From the human T2T-CHM13v2.0 reference genome, Homo sapiens: a stretch of 64,000 nt of DNA. The notes under the pieces are model-generated. The model was not told where the DNA came from and did no database searches. It saw only the letters and a list, made by a program, of their open reading frames with translations. Every line of letters starts with the position of its first letter. The stretch's first letter is position 1. Made by a program: the position numbers and the translations under genes. The stretch is taken from assembly GCF_009914755.1 (NCBI RefSeq), contig NC_060927.1. One strand, 5' to 3'. Shown here piece after piece: positions 56,201 through 64,000 of this stretch.

Positions 56201-58964
56201 TAAAAGGTTATTTAGAATTTCTTATTTATTTCTCGGAAAGCCATTTAATTTCCATTTATTTCTAGGAAACATTTTGTGAGTGAAGAGATTTGCCATCACA
56301 TTTTAAAATTAAGAGAGAAAGATCAGAGATGGACCAGCAGCACAAGGCTCTCGATGTTTTTTTTCTTTCTTCTACTTTTTTCTTTTTCAATTATGTGATT
56401 CTCTCCAAAGTGATATTACCCAAATGCATAAAATGAAATTGTATCCTTCCAATTGTATACTTAGCTGTGGGATGATTAACATCCTAATTGTTACATAGGA
56501 CTTAGTAAGAAAATAACACAAAACCCCTACCACCAGGGTGAATAAAGCCTTCTTTTTGGTGCTTCAATCTCATTTGAAGTGTAAGATGTAAGAGAATTCA
56601 TTTTCATATTTTATCTTCTTGTGCATCACACTTCCTGAATGCCCATTTAAAAAAATATATATTGCTTTCATCAAGATTGTCCTTTTACTCCTGAAATTCT
56701 GTTGTGGAGGGTTCTGACACATTGTAAAATGGCTGCTTTAGTGTTACAGAAGGTTAAGTTTCATAAACCTATCAGTAAAAAAAAAAAATTTGATTAGAAA
56801 AACCGGGCTGTCACATATGTTCAAATAGGAGTCATTCATATTTCCCAGTGAATCAAATGAGAGATAAAAATGAAGGATGATGGTGAGAATACAAAGTAGG
56901 TTCCTCTGACAGCACCATCTGGGCAGAGCCCTGTTAATATTGGACCCTGAAAGTATGATGAGCTTTTTGCATTAGTGCTGACAGCTTCCTTCTTCACATC
57001 CATATGAACCTGAAATTAGGAAGATGTTTGCATACTATCCAATATTCAAATATTTTTATTTCAATAATGCCTAGTTGATGCCACTATCCTTAGCCTTCAT
57101 CTAGGTTGTTTCAGTTCTCCTATACAGTCATAAATACATGATGTCCCATTGACCACATATTTTCATTAGTTTTCTACATACGTTTATGCTTCTCATTTTT
57201 TAAAGTACATGAGAGAAAGGTATTGTGGGTGAAAAGAAAAGACATAGTTTCCACCCATAATGACTTACACTGGGGAGGCAGAAGAAAAACATATACAATG
57301 ATAAAAATGCAAGAGCAATATGTGAGTATGACAGTCAAAGAACAGATGCCATGTAGAAGTGCATGATTTATTTCCAAATAGGTTTGCTAACACCAAGTAT
57401 TTTGATTTAAAAGATGGAGAGCCTACTTGTCTGTTGATTGGAATAGTCAGGGCAGGCTTCATGGAAGAGGTGGGGCTGGAGGAAGCATTGAAAGATGTGA
57501 AGGATTGGGATAAACTAAAAAGGCAGGATGGTGTGAACAAAGGCAGTATTTCTCAAGGCGTAGTCTCTGTACCACTGCTGATATGCACAGTAGACAGATG
57601 TAACATTAAATAATGTTGAACCATCAGTGAGAAAGTTTTCTCTTTCCAATTCTCTTCAAAATTTTTTTTACTCAGGAAAAAATAGACCTCAGTCTGATAT
57701 TTTAACTCCTTGCTTTACTTGCTAGCTAGCCAGTTCCTCTTCATTCCCCCTATTCTTTAACACATAGCCAGCAGGCCTCAGGCTCCAAGACTGTGTCAGA
57801 CAACGGTAACTATAATAAAATTGATCTCAGATCGCATTTATTTTTTAGTTCTCTTAATCTTATGGAAAGTCATGCTGGATTTCCATTTAAAATTGTGGTA
57901 TGAAATGTTTTCATCAAATAAATGTATTTAAGGAAAACCTTAGGCAACTTAAGGAAAAGTAGAGACAAATAATAGTACTAGTGTTAGGACAAAATGTGTT
58001 TGGGTGGTATGTTAATCACTGAATTTGGGAGAACACTGAGGATGATAGGTAGCTCCATGTGATAACAAGGAGAGTCATGATGGACAGTAGCCAGAATAAG
58101 ATTAGAAAGACTGGTTGGTTGTGAATAGGTCAGAAGATCAGGGAATGCTAGACTCATGAGCTTTATTCATGGTGTTCCTTCTCTTGGGATTACATTATCA
58201 CCTCTTTTATCCAGATAGTAATAGCTGTGGTTTATTGATTCCTTCTCAGATTTCACATATTTATTAAGCATCTTAAATATAATTATTACATCTTTCATCA
58301 CAACTACATTAAGAGAAAAGTATTACCTTGATTTTAAGAGTGAATATTCTCACCAAAGGTCTCACAGCTAACAGCTAATAGAGCTGGGTTTGAAACCCAG
58401 ACCCACTTGACTCCAAAACTTCTATTCTTCAACATACCTGGCAACTCTCTTGATCTTCAAGCCCCAACGTGAATACCAGCTTTATCTGTGTGAGCCCCAC
58501 TTTCCAACAGATGGTTGATGTCCTCTTTGGCCTTCACACAGCCAGCACTATGTATTTCTGGGTAGTAATTTATTCTTATCTTCATTAGAATTTACTTGGC
58601 CATTTACTGACTAGTTTATAAATCCTGAAAAGGCCTGTTCACATGTCTCAAGGCATCTAGCACTGTACTTGTCTCGTGGTTGGGGCTCATACTGTTTGAA
58701 TTGAGCTAAATTTTCTTCTTTTGCCTTAGCTTATCACAGAAGTACAGAAGTACAGCTGCACCACCTCAGAGTGGAAGTGGGAACAGGAGCTCTGGCAAAG
58801 ATAATTCAGGAACTACCTGGAAAGGATTTGCCTTTGTCAGACTCCAAGAATCTAATTAATTAATTTTGAGCATATCAGCAATTCTTCAGTTAAATCACTT
58901 TGTATTTTTTCTGTAGCTGGGTTTTGTAACATCTGGGTTAAGTAGCACAAAAATGGATGCCTAA

Positions 58965-59145
58965 TAATTATAGACTTTTGGGTCTCAGAAGAGAATCTTA
59001 AAGAATATCTCATCCAACTCCTTTATTTTTTCAATGAGAAAACTGAAGACTAAGGGAGTTTCATGATTTGATAAAGCCACAGAGCAAGTTTAGGGCAGGT
59101 CTTTAATTAAAAGTCTCTCAATTTCTCATTAATTATCTTCTATAT
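58965..59145 (-). mobile_element. MIR3-like relic
   Basis: atctcatccaactcctttattttttcaatgagaaaactgaagac. Confidence 0.6.
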
Positions 59146-59359
59146 TGATGGCTTTGAGCTTGGAGATCATAGACTCCTTCTTTGCACCCAATGTAGGAAT
59201 CTCTACAGCATCCTTTACTGATGTTAACAAGTGCTGCTTGTGCACATGGAACAGGAACTCATTGCCTTTACGAGTAATCTATTTCTCTTAAATTAAAGAG
59301 GATATTTCCTCTATGAAACCTAAGACAACATTGCAATCCTATCTTTTTTAATAGGAGTG

Positions 59360-59712
59360 TTCTAGGACTCTGTTTTTGAACTTGTCCCCTTTTCCATCCA
59401 TATGCACCTCATTCTGTGATCCCATCAGTCTCAAGCCTTTAAATACATCTCTAAACTGAGGACTTTGAAATTTGTATCTCTGGAACAGCCTCTTCTCTTT
59501 TGAACTCGAGGCCCATGTATAACTGCTTACTGGGTATTTCCCCCCTAGGATGTCTAGTAGGCATTTCTGATTAATATCAAAAAACAAAGCCTTGATTTCT
59601 CTTTCCCACCAAAATGCTTCCCCAATCCCCCAGTTTTCTTCAGCTCTTGAATTGAGACTTTATTTTTTCTAGTTGCTTGGGCCAAAAACCAGTAGTCATC
59701 TTGATATGTCTT
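59360..59712 (+). mobile_element. L2 relic
   Basis: gatcccatcagtctcaagcctttaaatacatct...ggatgtctagtaggcatttc. Confidence 0.7.
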
Positions 59713-59726
59713 TACTGGCCTGGGGT

Positions 59727-60421
59727 ACTATTTCAGTCATCTGTTTATTGCATCTCAGCTCAGAATGCAGTCTTCAGCATATGCTCAGTGATAACGGAAT
59801 TCCTTTAAGTACTTCCCCTTTAAAGAGAGCATAATGTTAATCGTTCTCAGTAGAGGGTGCTAGAGGGACAATAGAGGAGGAAAAGGCTTTGCAGGCTTTT
59901 TCAGAATGGTCCTGGTATTGGCCATGTGGGTAGGAGGACATCTAGTGAAGTCTACTCCAGTATCAAGGTCAAAACACAGTCCCTCTGCAAGCCTGCAGCT
60001 TCAGCATGGCCATAGTCTCTCCTCAGCCTTCTTGACACAGAAACCAGAGGTAGGCATGGCTAGCACCCACTGAAGTGCTCCTATTGCTGACAGCACCTGG
60101 GCTTCTACCACCCCCGCCTGCCCGTGGGATTAGTTGCTGATCATCTGCTCTGGGCTGGCACTCAGCACTCTAGAGGGTGATGGCCTATTGCTGGCCCAGC
60201 AACTCCAGACCACCTCTGGCCTGGCCATACCTATGTAATTCTCTACGACGTTGGGAGCTGAACTGCACTTTCTCTAAGTTTGCCCTTCCTTGGATTTTTT
60301 CCCTAAGCCCTAGGATAATATATAGTTACACTTTTATCAGAGTTAATAATTCTCTATATTAAATGTTGTCTGTTTAATTTACCATGTGACATCTTTATCC
60401 GGATTGGATCCAGATTGCTAT
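59727..60421 (+). mobile_element. LTR41-like ERVL LTR
   Basis: cagtcatctgtttattgcatctcagctc start; agtagagggtgctagaggga; aattctctatattaaa poly-A signal region. Confidence 0.6.
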
Positions 60422-60424
60422 AGG

Positions 60425-60828
60425 ACCATCCCATAGCTGCTAGGAGCATTGGCCACAAAACACATAGCTGTCCCTTTCCTTGGATAATTGCCCTTCATTA
60501 GTGGGTGCTGCCTAGCTCAGGAGGTTAGCCACCTTTTCCTCCTCTCCCACCTATGGGCTAGATCCAATGACTAACCGATAAAAGCCAGCTCCTTTGACTT
60601 AAGGCAAGGACAATTCTGTGGGTACACTTTGCCTCCTAACTTCCCCTGTGGATCAGGCCAAGGCTAAACTTTACCAGAAACCATGTCTTTTCTCAGCTTT
60701 CTCTCTCCTTCTCAATCCTGCTTCCCTTATTCTCTTATGTGTCTTTCCTGAGAGTATTCCCTCAATAAACTGGGTATATCCTAGCCTTTGCCTCAGGCTT
60801 TGCATCTGGGGAACCTGACATTAGACAT
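60425..60828 (+). mobile_element. LTR16-family ERVL LTR
   Basis: ccaatgactaac...ccctcaataaa...ctcaggctttgcatctggggaacctgacattagaca. Confidence 0.75.
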
Positions 60829-63079
60829 GTACCAAGGACACAGTGCTAGAAGATAGTGAAGTTAGTAATTATACCAAATCTCTCTAACTCCAAATCTCGT
60901 GCTCTCTAACCAGCATTGTCTCATAGTTAAGATACTCTTTCACCTTCAACATGTTCTCCCTAATCCAGTATGTCTTCCATGCTGAGCCACCTTGGCCTGG
61001 AGAAAGGTCTGCCATTAGATCAGACTAAAATATGTGATTATTGATGCACCAATATCTAAGGCCTGTGCCCACTGTTGCCATAGGTCTGCACGCCCATTAT
61101 CTGTTTCATGGAGGCTTACACATACCCTGCTGTTACTGGCTTGGGCCTGTATCTCTTCCCTAGAATGTGGGCCAGCATTCTAATTGGAGCTCTACCTTCC
61201 CAGTTCCTTGAAGTGAGTCTGCATGTCTAGCTAAATCACACTGCTATTCTCCCATCAGGTTTATTTGGGGTAGAGTAGTTCTCCATTTCCTGGGAATTGT
61301 GCACTGGCATTTACTAAGGTACAGAAACTAAGATGATATCTTGACACTTGAATGCCTTTTAGGTAAATAATCTATGAGTGGGGGCCATAACAGTTTATTT
61401 ATAATTTCTGGCACCACACACTAGCACTTATTGGGGAACGGGGTAGAGGCAATTGAAGTGTTGCTCAGAGACCTGGGAGAACCATGAGGACCTAGATTTA
61501 TGAGAGATTGAAAGATTGAAAGATAATTGGGCCAACACTATGTGAGAACAGCTTCTTTCAACCGATTCTATTTTCAGATGCTCTAAAACACAGTGAAAGA
61601 TTCAGCAGACAAGTCAACAGGTCTTGGATCTAATTGTCTCTTTTCCATGATCCCAGCTTATGTTTTGATTTTGTGGTTTGTTTTTGACCATTGCATGCAG
61701 ATCCCTTTGGGGATTTCTTAGCCTACTCAATGCTACTTACTAGAGTATGACTCCAAATTTCCCATATGACTCCAATTACTTGACAGCCCACAACTTTTTC
61801 TCTCCCTTTCTCAAAAAACAAACAAACCAATAAATGAAAGACTGGTATTCTTGCTAGTAGGCTCTCCTTTCTGCAGAGAGACAATTTACCCACGTCAGAA
61901 AGGTGATTACACTCTCTTCGGCATAGCCATGTTTTCTTTGTGGCTGGATGAAGTACATCTGTAGCTAATTCTGTCACATTTTTAGTGTCCCACAGTTAGA
62001 TGAAATTATTAGCCATTTCTACAGAGTGTCAGCAACTGCAAATAGAAATGTGCCTTTGAAGGCAGCTGGATCCAACTGGGAATTGAAAAATTAATAGGAA
62101 TTTAGAATAATGGGCATGTTTGCAATGAACCATTTATGGGTTCAAGAAACCTAGTTCCTCTGGTAATTTGAATAAGCAGTTTTGCTAACAAAGTTTGTCT
62201 ATTAAGTGAACCTGCTGGATGTACCTATCATTCACAAACAACTCGAATTATCACTCTCCCATTAAATTTTACCCTTTCCCCTTAGCTTGCTGGTTTGTGG
62301 AATTGATTCTCTCCATTCTAGGCAGGGAATGGAGAGAGAAAAAAATAGAAACAACTTACAGTGCTAGCAGAGGCAGGCTGGCCTACTTCTCCATCAGGGA
62401 CGAAGAGTGTTTGTGTTACACACGTAACTTTGGATGAAATTCATGTGTATTTTGCAGGTAACTTTGGACGAAATTCAAGTGGTGCCACATTTATTTGAAA
62501 TGGCAGATATTCTCAATAGAAATTCTCAGTTATTATCAATATCTACTAGTAATTCTTGATACTTCTTCTTAATAGATCTCCAGTATCATGGTCCTTGCCC
62601 CTCTGACCAAAATGGATTTTAACCTCAGGAAAATAAGCAAGTGTCACCAGCAGCTTCAAAATGTTTATAATCATAATTATTCCTCATACTACTAAAATGT
62701 GTTAGAGTTTCCTTGCCACCTTTATTTATGTGATTTTAGTCCCTTTTGTGTAACTTCCCTTTCCCCAGTGGAAATGTGTGTCCCTCAAGGAAATACAATG
62801 TGCTGCTCACTCATTGATACATCAGGAACCCCTTTTATGTTCTCTTCAGTTTTGTAGCAGTTAGAGCACTGTTCTCAAGGAAACAGTTATCAACAGGATT
62901 GGTTTTTCCATTTGGCTCTGAGATTGCAGCAGTATGGCAACAGGCCAGATCCAGGACGCCGATGCTTGCCAGGAAGGGTGAGGAAGGAGCCAGGGATCTC
63001 AGAGATCAGGTTGAGCAATATGAGAGCAGGACTTTGGTGCAAATGAAGCAGCACACATTTTAGCTGGTGTGAAGGTAGA

Positions 63080-63250
63080 AAAGATATTTAACCTCTTTGA
63101 GATCATTTCTTCATCTTTCTGTAGAGGATGATAGCAAGATGCACCTCGTGAGGTTATTGTAAAGATTAAAGGAGGCATTCATGTGAAGTCTGAGCGCAGT
63201 CCCTTGCGCAAGGCTAACATTTTTGTTTGGGTACACTGATCATCACTGCT
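63080..63250 (+). mobile_element. MIR
   Basis: tttaacctctttgag...acctcgtgaggttattgtaaagattaaaggag. Confidence 0.65.
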
Positions 63251-63594
63251 AATTCAAGTTGAGGAGAAAGCCGTCTGCTTTGCTTGGAAAGTGTTCTATT
63301 TCAGTTTATTTAGATACATGGCTTAAGATATTTCACCTTACATTTCTATAGTTTATAAAAATCTATTATGTCCAAACTTTCAAAGTAGGTGACCCATTCT
63401 GTGAGCAAGTTGCACACACAGGCCTAGTTATGAGTAGTTATGATTAGCATACATATTGTTTTCTGGAGGCAAACATTCTAAGAGCCTGAAAAGTTTGGCT
63501 TTAATATATGAAGTCTCTTCCTTTTTAGCCATTTTTATGTTTTTTATTTGTTCATCAATACTCTTTCCTAGGAAATATATAATTACGCATTTAA

Positions 63595-63825
63595 CAAATA
63601 CTTACATAATATTTACAGAGTGCCAAGCATTTCCTAGGCCTATTATAAATATTAATTAACATAATCCTTATGAAGTTGCTTCTATTATTATTCCTGTGTT
63701 ACAGATATGTAAACTGAGGAACAAAGTAATTAAGTAAGTTGCTCAAAATCTCGTAGGTATTAAGCTGTCCAGCTGGGATTCTAATCCAGGCAGGCTGGCT
63801 TCAGCGTCTGTACTTACAGGTATCA
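63595..63825 (-). mobile_element. MIR
   Basis: ttacagatatgtaaactgaggaacaaagtaattaagtaagttgctcaa...ccaggcaggctggcttcag. Confidence 0.8.
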
Positions 63826-64000
63826 GGCTAGACCAATCTAGCCCATTTGTACGGTCGCAGCTTTTGAATAACTGGATTTGGGATTATTTAACTTGTTCTG
63901 TGTGTCTGTATGTCTAGGCTTTCTGAGTTAACTTAGACTTACCTTATTTAGTTTGTTTGGGACTATGGTACTAACTGTAAATTTCCCTTTTGCATAAGTC

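Noticed and set aside
62284-62300. ACWFV peptide in ORF 62219-62437 resembling the preceding SLC6A14 exon
   Set aside because: Only 5 residues, on the opposite strand to the real fragment, and the flanks do not match

Overview
AT-rich, CpG-poor primate genomic DNA, consistent with human or another catarrhine (AluY/AluS, FLAM and MADE1 are present). It is mostly intronic/intergenic sequence filled with Alu, L1, L2, MIR, ERVL/MaLR LTRs and Tigger/hAT DNA transposon relics. There is no complete protein-coding gene, and nearly all listed ORFs are repeat- or low-complexity artefacts. The one recognisable coding remnant is an isolated, 5'-truncated exon of the amino-acid transporter SLC6A14 on the minus strand (50751-50867) with its splice donor still attached. 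The most striking unexplained structure is a 211-bp, 98%-identical, gap-free inverted repeat of non-TE-looking sequence (10822-11032 / 11617-11827) around a 584-bp spacer. Two smaller local inverted duplications (26.35 kb and 34.1-34.6 kb) and several candidate plus-strand exons or microexons are also present. Repeat subfamily names and the SLC6A14 match come from recalled consensus/protein sequences, not from a search. Boundaries of old repeats are approximate, and the host gene or locus could not be identified.
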